Shown here one piece after another: positions 1 to 9,571 of a stretch of 56,409 nt of DNA. This DNA is from a virus (Duplodnaviria; Heunggongvirae; Uroviricota; Caudoviricetes). Location of the stretch: IMG/VR virus record IMGVR_UViG_2617270940_000006; one strand, 5' to 3'. The notes beneath the pieces were generated by a model. It did not search any database. It saw only the letters and a program-made list of their open reading frames with translations, and was not told the origin of the DNA. Positions within the stretch are counted from its first letter, which is position 1. The number at the start of each line of letters is the position of its first letter. The translations under genes and the position numbers were made by a program.

Positions 1-906
1 CTATATTTCCAGACACCTGTTATCACTTAACCCATTACTGGCCTGCTGCCGCAGATATTCCCGTGGCGAGCGATAACCCAGTGCACTATGCGGATGCCAT
101 TCGTTATAATGCTCGAACGCCTCTGCAAGGTTCTTTGCTGCCGTTAACCCGTCTGGTTTAGGCATGATACTGATGTAGTCACGCTTTATCGTTTTCACGA
201 AGCTCTCTGCTATGCCGTTACTCTCCGGACTCCGCACCGCCGTGTTCTTCGGTTCAAGCCCCAACATCCGGGCAAACTGCCGTGTTTCATTAGCCCGGTA
301 GCATGAACCATTATCCGTCAGCCACTCTACTGGAGACGCCGGAAGCTCGTTGCCGAAGCGGCGTTCCACCGCTCCCAGCATTACGTCCTGTACTGTTTCA
401 CTGTCGAAGCCGCCCGTAGTGACTGCCCAGTGCAGTGCCTCACGGTCACAGCAGTCCAGCGCGAACGTGACTCGCAGTTTTTCTCCGTTATCACAGCGGA
501 ACTCGAACCCGTCAGAGCACCATCGTTGATTGCTTTCTTTCACGGCCACTTTGCCAGTATGTGCCCGTTTCGATGGCGGTACAGCGGGTTTTCGCTCAAG
601 CAACAGCGCATTCTGGCGCATGATCCGGTAAACACGTTTGGCATTGATCGCAGGCATACCATCAAGTTCGGCCTGTCTGCGAAGCAGCGCCCATACCCGA
701 CGATAACCATACGTGGGCAGCTCTCCGATAACATGGTGTATACGGAGAAGCACATCCGTATCATCTGAGTGACGGCTGCGGCGACCATCTTTCCAGTCAT
801 CGGTTCGTCTGAGAATTACGTGCAACTGCGCACGCGACACCCGGAGACAACGGCTGACTAAGCTTACTCCCCATCCCCGGGCAATAAGGGCGCGTGCGCT
901 ATCCAC
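1..906 (-). CDS. insD: IS2 transposase OrfB (InsD)
   Basis: 301-aa ORF; transposase catalytic core with DDE-type residues; matches recalled IS2 InsD. Confidence 0.9.
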
Positions 907-1229
907 TTTTTTGCACGCCCGTATTCAACGGCTTCTTTAAGGAGTTCATTTTCCATCGTTTTTTTGCCGAGCAGGCGCTGGAGTTCTTTAATCTGCTTCA
1001 TGGCAGCAGCAAGTTCAGAGGCAGGAACGACCTGCTCTCCTGCGGCCACAGCAGTAAGACTTCCCTCCTGGTATTGCTTGCGCCAGAGAAATAACTGGCT
1101 GGCTGCCACACCGTGTTGCCGGGCAACAAGGGAGACCGTCATTCCCGGTTCAAAACTCTGCTGAACAATAGCGATCTTTTCCTGTGTAGTACGCCGTCTG
1201 CGTTTCTCCGGTCCTAAGACATCAATCAT
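864..1229 (-). CDS. insC: IS2 OrfA (InsC)
   Basis: ORF beginning [13 protein letters not shown], overlapping insD as in IS3-family frameshift arrangements; the ORF-track start at 1274 is an upstream extension. Confidence 0.8.
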
Positions 1230-1320
1230 CTGCTCTCCAATGACTAGTCTAAAAACTAGTATTAAGACTATCACTTATTTAAGTGATATTGGTTGTCTGG
1301 AGATTCAGGGGGCCAGTCTA

Positions 1321-1589
1321 GTCTGCGACGTGCCGGCATTGTCAAACCGGTAAAGGCTGTAAAAGCCGTTCCAGTAACAAAAGAAACCACAGGTGCTACA
1401 GTCACTGCAGGTATTGGCCTTGCACAAATTGCTGACGTTATGCCTCAAGTTTCTGCCGCAATGGATAAAGCGCAAGGCAATATCTCCAGTGGAGATACGG
1501 TACGCATCATCTTTGGCGTAGCTACCATTCTTGTGGCAGCATTCATTGCCTGGTCCCAGGTTCGCAAGCACCAGAAAGGATTAGTGTAA
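1321..1589 (+). pseudogene. 3' remnant of a gene interrupted by IS2; C-terminal hydrophobic segment
   Basis: The reading frame runs from inside the IS2 end into flanking DNA and has no plausible own start outside IS2. Predicted C-terminal TM helix (GVATILVAAFIAW). Confidence 0.3.
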
Positions 1590-1591
1590 GT

Positions 1592-1843
1592 ATGTTCGAC
1601 GGCCTGTTGTTCAAAATGAAATCCGCTTTGTTCACTCTGGCCGCCGTCATTCTAGTCCTTGTCGGCGCATACTCCTATGGCGGGTATATGGCCAGACGCA
1701 GTATGGAAGAGAAAGAACGGCGGGAAGATAACAAGCGTCTTCAAAGCACAGTGGAAGTGGTGAATGAGACGAACAGTGAAATACGTCAGAAAGATGCTTC
1801 TGCCATTCATCGTGAGCTGCATGATAAGTGGGTGCGTAATTAA
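1592..1843 (+). CDS. Rz-like i-spanin candidate
   Basis: 83 aa with an N-terminal TM segment followed by a charged coiled-coil-like region; a lipoprotein ORF overlaps its 3' end in another frame. Confidence 0.4.
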   Translation: MFDGLLFKMKSALFTLAAVILVLVGAYSYGGYMARRSMEEKERREDNKRLQSTVEVVNETNSEIRQKDASAIHRELHDKWVRN

Positions 1844-1979
1844 GCCACAGACCACCAGCGTGTTGTTCTGCGATGGCGCTGAACCTATTTATATCAGCAA
1901 TGACGATGTAATGACCGAAGAAACCGAACGCCAAATCCTTTTTCACAATACGATGGGAGAGAGAGTTTGCGGTTGGTGA
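1794..1979 (+). CDS. Rz1-like o-spanin lipoprotein candidate
   Basis: Starts within the preceding gene in a different frame; signal peptide with lipobox (MLLPFIVSCMISGC); short mature peptide. Confidence 0.4.
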   Translation: MLLPFIVSCMISGCVIKPQTTSVLFCDGAEPIYISNDDVMTEETERQILFHNTMGERVCGW

Positions 1980-2011
1980 TGTCGAAGTTCCCCTCAAATG
2001 AGGGGGACACA

Positions 2012-2533
2012 TTATTCTTCGAACAATTTTTCGATAGATTTTGTTGGATAGAACAAAGAACGATCGTTGTTACCAACCAGCTGGATAAAGCCCAAACTTT
2101 TATAAAACGCCCTAGCTTTATCGTTCAACGCCTCAACGAAAAGCCCATGAATGCCTACCGCAAGAGATGCATTGTACACAACACGCATTGCGTGAGTTAC
2201 AAGCATTGAGCCAAGCCCCTGACCTTGAAGAGATTTGTCCAAAGCCAGTCTGCCTAAAGTGATACTTGGGACATTCCGATAAGGCACTTTCTTTTGCTGA
2301 CTCTTTGAAGGTAAGGTTTCTTTCTCAAAGCAGCTGCCTGACAAAGTGTAATAACCTAATACCTTTGGTATTTCTTCTTTAGTGCAAAGCACATAAGCGC
2401 GAAGAATTTTTCCTTCATGCTGTCTTTTTAAGTGGTTGGTCAAAAATGCGTTTAGTGACTCTTCGCCGCAATCAAAACCGTTTAGATCATAATCGTTCTC
2501 TCCAGAGAAAATCTCGATCGTCGTATTGCTCAC
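2012..2533 (-). CDS. GNAT-family acetyltransferase toxin (TacT/AtaT-like)
   Basis: 173 aa with GNAT core motifs (QGQGLGS); directly downstream of a small DUF1778-type partner gene. Confidence 0.8.
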   Translation of the reverse strand: MSNTTIEIFSGENDYDLNGFDCGEESLNAFLTNHLKRQHEGKILRAYVLCTKEEIPKVLGYYTLSGSCFEKETLPSKSQQKKVPYRNVPSITLGRLALDKSLQGQGLGSMLVTHAMRVVYNASLAVGIHGLFVEALNDKARAFYKSLGFIQLVGNNDRSLFYPTKSIEKLFEE

Positions 2534-2540
2534 GAGTAAA

Positions 2541-2810
2541 TTACTCCATGCTTTTCAGACGATTGGCAGCTCGTTTCAGCTTGTCGTTCGGTGCCGGAGG
2601 ATTGCTTATAGCATCCATAACCAGATTCCAGGACTCTTCACTTAGAACCAGTCTACGGTGTTGCTCTATCACCTTCACGGCACGTTCGGATGCACTGCTA
2701 ACCATGAACTGGGTAATGCTCTGGTTAGACATTGCGGCAGCTTCCTCGATGATGCTTTTATCGTCATCGGTTAATCTCAAATCGATGCGCTGCTTTTTCA
2801 GTGCGGACAT
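2541..2810 (-). CDS. DUF1778/RHH-type antitoxin (TacA-like)
   Basis: 89-aa ORF 8 bp upstream of the GNAT toxin gene; typical antitoxin-first operon order. Confidence 0.75.
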   Translation of the reverse strand: MSALKKQRIDLRLTDDDKSIIEEAAAMSNQSITQFMVSSASERAVKVIEQHRRLVLSEESWNLVMDAISNPPAPNDKLKRAANRLKSME

Positions 2811-3129
2811 GTGTACCCCCTGATGGCCGGTGATGTAGGAAGGCCATCATTGCTCTCTATTTAAACTGAGTTTTCGACTCAAAGGTTATTTAACTGGGCT
2901 ATAGCCCATTGCGTATGTGTCATCAAATTGTGTACGGCAATTTACCGTACACGTAATATAGAGATGATTGTCACTTTTTTCAACAGACAAATGATAACAA
3001 TTACTAGCAATAGGCAATAACAACCTACTAAATAACCTTTACACCGCAGCCGTAGGCATTTAGGCTATATCGCATATAAGAAAACAAGTTGTTTCATACG
3101 ACAATAATTCACGCAAAGGAAACTCACCA

Positions 3130-3795
3130 ATGACCAAGATCATTGTGGTTGGCGGCACAAAAGGCGGCCCAGGCAAATCTACCGTTGCCCAGCAAATTGC
3201 GGTATGTCTCAAAGTTAAAAAGAAAAAGAAGGTTCACGTCACCGATATCGATATCCAGCGCACCACGACCAGCTGGTGTGAAGACCGTCGCCAGAACGAA
3301 GATCTTGAACTGATCCCGTTCGCTTATGTGCAGGACGACATCGTCAAACATCTTAAATCGCTTCAGGGGCGAACTGATTATGTAGTGGTAGATGCTGGTG
3401 GCTTTGACTCCGAAATTCAGCGTCTGGCGATGCTTATGGCTGATGTAATCATCATCCCGCTGCGCCCTAAACGTCGTGATTTGAAATCTCTGCGTGATAT
3501 CGACCCGATTATCGACAACGTTCGCAATGTGAACGAGAAAGTTAAGATCCGCGCGGTAATAAACCAGTGTCCGTCATTGCCTTCCCAGGTATCACGTATT
3601 CTAGCCGCGAAGGAAATTGTCGAAACTTTCGGCATCGAGGCTGCGCCGGTCAATCTGTACAACCGTAACGTTTATGACGATGCGGAAGAGGCAGGTCGTT
3701 CTATCTTTGAAATGACTGGCGCTGAACGCGATAAGAAGGCAGAAGCCGAGTTCGAAGAGTTTGTAGATTACATCTTGAGTCTGGAGGAAGAATAA
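3130..3795 (+). CDS. parA: ParA-family partition ATPase (small type)
   Basis: Deviant Walker A (GGTKGGPGKST); 221 aa; followed by a small overlapping partner gene. Confidence 0.85.
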   Translation: MTKIIVVGGTKGGPGKSTVAQQIAVCLKVKKKKKVHVTDIDIQRTTTSWCEDRRQNEDLELIPFAYVQDDIVKHLKSLQGRTDYVVVDAGGFDSEIQRLAMLMADVIIIPLRPKRRDLKSLRDIDPIIDNVRNVNEKVKIRAVINQCPSLPSQVSRILAAKEIVETFGIEAAPVNLYNRNVYDDAEEAGRSIFEMTGAERDKKAEAEFEEFVDYILSLEEE

Positions 3796-4154
3796 TGTCC
3801 ATGAGAATGGGAGACCTTGCAAAGCGCAATGAGCCTAAAGAACCGGCCAAAAGCAGCACTCCACTGCGCCAGCCAGTCAGACCGCAGGGGCGTCCGACTC
3901 GTGGCAAAGAGAAAATTAAAAGTCGCACAATGTCACTGGAGGACGAATACTTCGAACTGCTGGAAATGATGAAGTTCATCCCTCGTTTCGAGAAGTTCAC
4001 CCGTTCTGACGTGATTCGCGCCGCCATTTTCCATCTGGCAGAGAAGTCACCGCAGGAAATCGAGGACATCGTGAAACTTAACGAGGCGATCACAGCTGCC
4101 GATGTCACGATGCGTACCGATGAAATCAAACGAGAGTTGATGAAGAAAGGTTAA
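3795..4154 (+). CDS. Partition DNA-binding partner candidate (ParG/ParB-like)
   Basis: 119 aa; start overlaps the parA stop (TAATG); basic N-terminal tail and a short folded C-terminal domain. Confidence 0.45.
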   Translation: MSMRMGDLAKRNEPKEPAKSSTPLRQPVRPQGRPTRGKEKIKSRTMSLEDEYFELLEMMKFIPRFEKFTRSDVIRAAIFHLAEKSPQEIEDIVKLNEAITAADVTMRTDEIKRELMKKG

Positions 4155-4157
4155 AAA

Positions 4158-4192
4158 TTATGCATTGGCGCAATGTACGCGCCAATGCATAA
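4158..4192. terminator. Bidirectional hairpin between convergent genes
   Basis: 14-bp perfect stem (TTATGCATTGGCGC/GCGCCAATGCATAA) with a 7-nt loop, flanked by an A-run and a T-containing tail. Confidence 0.5.
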
Positions 4193-4206
4193 GTACAGTG
4201 TCAGCT

Positions 4207-4974
4207 TTATGCCGCGCTAACACTATGTTCATTCCTAACCACCCCAACCTTCACAAAAGGGCTGCCGTAGCTTGGTGGCTTCTTGATTAATTTGCCTACA
4301 TACAGTTTTCTAATATGCTCATCGGCTATTCTGCCAACAAATTCATAACGTTTTGTGTCGGGGCCAAGAGCTATATCCCTTGTAAAGTACTGCTGAGAAC
4401 CGGCTTTGACCCAGCATTCAATCTGATAAACTTCCATTATCAGGCCCCCATATGTAGCGTAGGCATATTTGAGATTCTCGTCTCTTGGAACCTTTGCCCA
4501 TACGCCACGCGTAGCTTCATATAATGCCAGAGCGGACATTCCTGACTTGTAGGTGCTGTTTAGCAGGAAGGCAAGACCGGCGTGCTCAGGAGCAATTTCA
4601 GTTTCCTCTTGCAGCACTAAGTGATGGTAGGCGTCCAGTGATATTCTGCCCATCATGGAACCACTTCCTCGTACCTTATTCGTAAGCTCTCCGACACCCA
4701 TAAGGTCGATGCATGTCGCCTCAACAAGTTTGGCTGTGGTTTCATCCATACCATGACGAAGAATATCTATGCCTAATTTTTTATTAGCCAAAAGTTCTTT
4801 GATCCGCATGGATTTGGGAGAGTCATCGGGATACTTGATGTGATCGAGACAACGAGTCGATTTGCCTTTTCCTATGTAAAACGGTCTTTTCATCTTGTCT
4901 TCTGTATCATAGAGACAGTAAACATAGTATTTAGCCTTATCCAATGATCTCGCGTATACCGATAAATCGTCCAT
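4207..4974 (-). CDS. GIY-YIG nuclease-domain protein (free-standing)
   Basis: N-terminal YVYCLYD...PFYIGKGKSTR matches the GIY-YIG motif; about 150-aa C-terminal region of unknown fold. Confidence 0.6.
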   Translation of the reverse strand: MDDLSVYARSLDKAKYYVYCLYDTEDKMKRPFYIGKGKSTRCLDHIKYPDDSPKSMRIKELLANKKLGIDILRHGMDETTAKLVEATCIDLMGVGELTNKVRGSGSMMGRISLDAYHHLVLQEETEIAPEHAGLAFLLNSTYKSGMSALALYEATRGVWAKVPRDENLKYAYATYGGLIMEVYQIECWVKAGSQQYFTRDIALGPDTKRYEFVGRIADEHIRKLYVGKLIKKPPSYGSPFVKVGVVRNEHSVSAA

Positions 4975-5256
4975 TATTGCATCTCTTAGCTACTGACTAA
5001 TGCGTTCTATTTTACACATAAGTTTTTAATCAATTTTACAGGCTCAAAGTGTAGAGCTTCTGGGTGTCTAAGACGACAAGTTATGCCTGTTTCTGTATAT
5101 AAATAATAAGTAACTTATTAAATATATACGGAAGCAGGTCTTTTAAAAGACACCCACCAGAACAACTCCCTTCCGTTTCCACTTCCCAAAAATATCTCCA
5201 GTCGCTATGATTCGCTCACTTAGATAAGTAAGTACATACCTATTAAAGGGAATCAT

Positions 5257-5982
5257 GTGAGCCAGATCTTCTTCAACACTATCGACAATGACCAGTACGA
5301 TTTCATGACAGAGTGGAATACCGCTGTTATGGACAAGTGGGTCGCTGAAAACATTGGTTTGTCGCGCTGTAAAGACGAGGCTGAACTCTTCGAGACGAAG
5401 TGGTTTGATTACCGCGACATGCACCCACTTATGGCCACATGCCTTTTCACTGAGGCATACAAGCGCCAGTACTCATACATCATGCTGTCGCATGGTCGTG
5501 AACACTATGAGACGGCTCCATTCACAACCGGTCTGAAGCGTGTGCCATATCAGGAGTTGTCGACGGTCAACAAAACGTCGCTCTGGAAAGCACGCCAGTT
5601 TGCTGACCGCTATTGCTGCTCATACGACTACTTTATCTCCACCGTTCTTTCCGCAGCTGCACGACGGCTGTGGGACAAATTACCGCGCCCCCAGCATCTC
5701 TGGCAGCCCGAGTTGATCGAGATATTCGAAGAGAAGTTAGCCAAACGCGCTGTAACCCGTCTGGATGACTCTCTGGTGAGTTTTAAGCATCTTGGAGACA
5801 TGCAGCGTGACCCGATTCAGGAACGCTATTTTGAGTGGATTCTGGAGCGTCTGCGTGGCATTACCCGAGATAAACGCATCCGTATCATCTTCTCCGCTGT
5901 CTGGTTGATGGAAATCGTGCCTGAGCGTGTGATTTACGCGCACTTCCCGGAAGAACTGGAAGAAGCACGGCGATTCTGTTGA
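5257..5982 (+). CDS. Hypothetical protein
   Basis: 241-aa ORF preceded by a class A palindromic motif; no recognisable domain. Confidence 0.5.
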   Translation: MSQIFFNTIDNDQYDFMTEWNTAVMDKWVAENIGLSRCKDEAELFETKWFDYRDMHPLMATCLFTEAYKRQYSYIMLSHGREHYETAPFTTGLKRVPYQELSTVNKTSLWKARQFADRYCCSYDYFISTVLSAAARRLWDKLPRPQHLWQPELIEIFEEKLAKRAVTRLDDSLVSFKHLGDMQRDPIQERYFEWILERLRGITRDKRIRIIFSAVWLMEIVPERVIYAHFPEELEEARRFC

Positions 5983-6042
5983 TCCCCTATCTGGCTTTTT
6001 TAGTATTAGAAAACAAATTGTTTAAGCACCAAAGGAAAGCAC

Positions 6043-7383
6043 ATGACCGAACTTTGCCACACAGGACGAGGGTTGTCTGAAGAGTTCGACGACGACTTCC
6101 AGAATCGACTCGCAGCCTACTTCTGTCGCGACCATGAATTTCTGACTCGCGCCGGTGATCTGGTTGCGCCAAACCAGTTCTCCAATGCGGCCAACGCCAT
6201 TCTGGTGAACATGGTGTCGGGCTACTACAGAATGTATAAGAGCGCACCATCATCATCAGCCATCCTCGACATGCTCAAACGCGCCAAACGCGATAAGACG
6301 ATCCGCGAAGAGCTGTTCCCTGACGTTGTTGAGGCGTTTAAGCGCATTCTCGCTGAGAAGCTGTCAGATACGGCGTACATGGTCGACCAGGTCGCGACAT
6401 TTGCTAAAAGCGTAGCGTTCGACGATGCGCTAATTAAAGCGGCTGAGATGAAAGAGAAGGGTGATTTCCAGGGCGCGATGGCAATCATGGCTAAGGTCCA
6501 GCAAATTGGCTCTAACGAAGCGACCGGCATTTACGATTACTTCGCAGAATCAGCGGAGCGTTACAAGGCCCGTGAGTACGAAGCGTCCGACGATTACGTG
6601 CCAAACAGCATCACTACCGGCCTCCCGCTGCTCGACAAGCTGCTTTACCAGAAAGGCTGGGCAAAGCGTGAAATGGTGCTGTTTATGGGCTTCGCTAAGT
6701 CTGGTAAATCGACGGCGATGGGGGAGTTTTCCATCAACGCCACGCTTGCCGGTTACAACGTCCTGTATCTGTCGCTGGAAGTTCACACCTCCATTCTGTC
6801 AGATCGCTTTGACGCCCGTCTGTCTGAGACCGAAATGTCCAGGCTGGTGGAACGTCGCGATGACGTCCATCGCAAACTGGCGGAGCTGGGTGCGACGAAA
6901 GGCGTGGGAAGTTTGTGGATTGTTGAACGACCGTCCGGAAGCATGTCGCCCGCAGATCTGGACCGTATGTTGGGCAGCATGAAAGCCAACGGTATGGTCC
7001 TCGATATGGTTGTGGTCGACTACGCTGACCTGATGCGTGCCAGCTACGACCTCCGCGACGACCGCGCTAACATTCGCAGCATCTACACTGACCTGCGTGC
7101 GCTGTACGACAAACACAACGTTGCCGGCATCACGGCATCGCAGACTAACAGAGAAGGTGGCGCTTCTGAGGTGGCTACAATGATGCACGCAGCGGACAAC
7201 ATCGAGAAGGTGCGTATCGCTGACCTCGTTATCACTATCAACAAAACGGAAGAAGAAGAAGCGAAAGGCGAAGCGCGTCTTTACTTCGCTGGTTCACGTA
7301 ACCAGAAAGGCGGCGTAAGCATCCGCGTTAAGCAGAACCTCGAACAAATGCGATTCATCGAACGCATTATGGACGTCCTCTAA
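6043..7383 (+). CDS. DnaB-like replicative helicase
   Basis: RecA-fold C-terminal domain with Walker A (GFAKSGKST) and Walker B (VVVDYADLM); conserved AAAGGAAAGCACATG start context. Confidence 0.8.
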   Translation: MTELCHTGRGLSEEFDDDFQNRLAAYFCRDHEFLTRAGDLVAPNQFSNAANAILVNMVSGYYRMYKSAPSSSAILDMLKRAKRDKTIREELFPDVVEAFKRILAEKLSDTAYMVDQVATFAKSVAFDDALIKAAEMKEKGDFQGAMAIMAKVQQIGSNEATGIYDYFAESAERYKAREYEASDDYVPNSITTGLPLLDKLLYQKGWAKREMVLFMGFAKSGKSTAMGEFSINATLAGYNVLYLSLEVHTSILSDRFDARLSETEMSRLVERRDDVHRKLAELGATKGVGSLWIVERPSGSMSPADLDRMLGSMKANGMVLDMVVVDYADLMRASYDLRDDRANIRSIYTDLRALYDKHNVAGITASQTNREGGASEVATMMHAADNIEKVRIADLVITINKTEEEEAKGEARLYFAGSRNQKGGVSIRVKQNLEQMRFIERIMDVL

Positions 7384-7470
7384 AAAAGAAGGCGTGGGGA
7401 AACACTCTCCACGCCTGTCTCCAGAAGAGAACAAATTTCTCTTTTGCCAAAACCACAAAAGAAAAAACAC

Positions 7471-8655
7471 ATGAGCCTTTATGGTATTCAAATACCGAGG
7501 CTTATCAAGATATTACCTGCAAAAAACAGGGGTAAGAACGTGAGCGACTTGAAAGAATTACTGACCGAGCTGGATTTTGAGCAATGGCTCGATATGGAAG
7601 GGATCATCTACCGTCATGGTGGAGTCAGTACTCGCGGACGAGAGGTCAACATTAAAGAGTGTCCGGTATGCGGCAGCTCAAACTGGAAGGTTTATTTCAA
7701 CCTGACCAGTGGTGTCGGCAAATGCTTTGCAGGTGATCATCCCGAAGAGATTCAGTTCAATAAGCTGGTCTTCCTAAAGCATTACAGCGGCAAATCCCGT
7801 CGCGATTTTGAAGAGTACGTCCAGAACGCGCTGATCTCACAAGGTTGGGCGCCGAAGAAGGAAGAGATCGTGCTGGCCAGCAAGGTTGAACTGGAAGGAC
7901 CGGTAGCTCTCCCGCGCCATTACGAACTCCCCATTGACGGTCGTCTTCCTGATTATCTGGTGGAGCGCCAGATTTCCCCGGAGCTGGCCAAATACTTTGA
8001 TCTGCGTTACTGCGTCGAAGGCAAGCACGCATACGTCGATCCGTACACAGACCAGGTCAAAGGACAGGTATTCGATATGCGAATACTGATACCGGTTTAC
8101 GATCTGGATGGCGTGATGAAGACCTTCCAGGGTCGTGACATTACCGGTGCAGCAGAACGCCGGTATCTGTTCCCCATGCAGCTGCCAGCATCGGGTAAAT
8201 TTCTCTACAACGGCCACAATGCAGTCGGCAAACAGACTGTAGTTGTCTGTGAGGGGGCGTTCGATGTTATGGGGGTTAAACGAGCTATTTTTGATGAAGA
8301 AACATTACGCGATTACGTGGAACCGATAGGAACGTTCGGGATGCATCTATCTGGTAACACCACTCAGGATGCAGAAGATCAGTTGGGCGCGTTCCTGACG
8401 CTCAAGGCGCGTGGATTACGTAATGTGATTATGATGTGGGATAGTGAAAAGCAAGCTATACGCAACACGATGGCCGCAGCCAGGCGACTGACCAGTATCG
8501 GTCTTAATGTCAAAGTAGCGTGTTTGGGCGAGGAAGGACTCGATCCCGGCGATGCGACACCGGGGCAGATTATCAAAGCCTACTATTGCGCAAAACCTTA
8601 TTCACGACAGCTTGAACTTTTAAGCAAGGTAAAAGGCATAGCTGCATTAGTTTGA
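7471..8655 (+). CDS. DnaG-like primase (zinc finger + TOPRIM)
   Basis: CPVCGSS...C zinc motif and a TOPRIM-like VVVCEGAFD segment; start chosen at the ATG with the conserved context, not the upstream track start. Confidence 0.8.
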   Translation: MSLYGIQIPRLIKILPAKNRGKNVSDLKELLTELDFEQWLDMEGIIYRHGGVSTRGREVNIKECPVCGSSNWKVYFNLTSGVGKCFAGDHPEEIQFNKLVFLKHYSGKSRRDFEEYVQNALISQGWAPKKEEIVLASKVELEGPVALPRHYELPIDGRLPDYLVERQISPELAKYFDLRYCVEGKHAYVDPYTDQVKGQVFDMRILIPVYDLDGVMKTFQGRDITGAAERRYLFPMQLPASGKFLYNGHNAVGKQTVVVCEGAFDVMGVKRAIFDEETLRDYVEPIGTFGMHLSGNTTQDAEDQLGAFLTLKARGLRNVIMMWDSEKQAIRNTMAAARRLTSIGLNVKVACLGEEGLDPGDATPGQIIKAYYCAKPYSRQLELLSKVKGIAALV

Positions 8656-8788
8656 ACCAGTATTATCAACGGCTCGGAAGTGTCTAAATTATCCGTGGCG
8701 ATTCATAACCTTGCGGCTGCTCACCCCATCAAGAAGCATCTTTAACGCGTCACGGGACAATTTGTTGTATTTGCGTACCATTAATTTA

Positions 8789-9166
8789 CTACGCCGTACC
8801 ATACAATCTACGTAACGTGGCAACGACAGTAGATACGGATACCTCTCCGGTCGCAGCCCCCACAGTAAGCTCTGCCAGTTCTGGTGAATCATATACCTGC
8901 ACACCGTTACGGCGCAGAAATAACAACGCACTGTTTAGCGCGGTACGCTTATTGGCATCATTGAATATATGCCCTCTCGCAGTAGCCACCAGGTAAGTTG
9001 CGGAGACTTCGAAAAGGTCGGTAATCTCTTCATATGCAACTCTGGCCTGGACTCTCCCGATAATAGCCTCAGCTCTTCCCGAATCTGACATGCCTGGCAG
9101 GCCGCCGTAGCGGCTTATATTCGCATCATGAATTGCAGTAAGCTCTTCCGGTGATATATGCCTCAT
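8789..9166 (-). CDS. doc: Doc toxin (Fic/Doc family)
   Basis: 125 aa with [12 protein letters not shown]; near-identical to my recollection of P1 Doc. Confidence 0.95.
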   Translation of the reverse strand: MRHISPEELTAIHDANISRYGGLPGMSDSGRAEAIIGRVQARVAYEEITDLFEVSATYLVATARGHIFNDANKRTALNSALLFLRRNGVQVYDSPELAELTVGAATGEVSVSTVVATLRRLYGTA

Positions 9167-9387
9167 TATCGGTTAACCAGTTTCTTATTGGTGGTGTCCA
9201 GAGTGTCAAACAGGGATGCGAATTCAGCATCCAGCGCCGCTTTTTTGTAGGCTTCGAAAGTGGCCTTGCTGACAATTACAGCTGGCTCACGGCCTCTACG
9301 GGTGATTTCAACCTCTTCTCCGGCTTCAACATTGTTGAGCACTTCGGTAAGATTGCTGCGTGCGGTACGGAAGTTAATAGATTGCAT
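9166..9387 (-). CDS. phd: Phd antitoxin
   Basis: [10 protein letters not shown]... matches recalled P1 Phd; stop overlaps the doc start. Confidence 0.95.
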   Translation of the reverse strand: MQSINFRTARSNLTEVLNNVEAGEEVEITRRGREPAVIVSKATFEAYKKAALDAEFASLFDTLDTTNKKLVNR

Positions 9388-9571
9388 AAACACCTCGTGT
9401 ACTCAATATGTGTACGCAATTATAGAGCTTAATTGCCCACTACTCCATCATTTTATCCAGTGCGCCTTATACCTCCACTCTGAAGGACGGGGTTTTAGGG
9501 CGCTCTGGATAAAAACACACGTACTTTCTCTCCGAAAGTACGTGAAAAGTAGCGACTAACCACCATGCTCA

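Larger units (their letters stand above)
1..1320 (-). mobile_element. IS2 (IS3 family), cut by the window start
   Basis: Window opens inside the terminal repeat (CTATATTTCCAGACACC); the other end, GGTTGTCTGGAGATTCAGGGGGCCAGTCTA, lies at 1291-1320. Encodes InsC and InsD; both match my recollection of IS2. Confidence 0.9.

Noticed and set aside
1293-1320. ATG start of the 98-aa ORF at 1293
   Set aside because: The start codon lies inside the IS2 terminal repeat, so it is an artefact of the insertion junction; only the downstream part is treated as a gene remnant.
3211-3231. A-rich tract encoding KVKKKKKV in ParA as a slippage/phase-variation site
   Set aside because: The run is interrupted (AAAAAGAAAAAGAAG), so it is not a true homopolymer; more likely just a lysine-rich loop.
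6461-6982. 173-aa ORF in an alternative frame within the helicase gene, with similar internal ORFs in the usher, polymerase and hsdR genes
   Set aside because: These are embedded in well-supported longer genes and have Arg/Ser/Cys-rich composition typical of off-frame translation.
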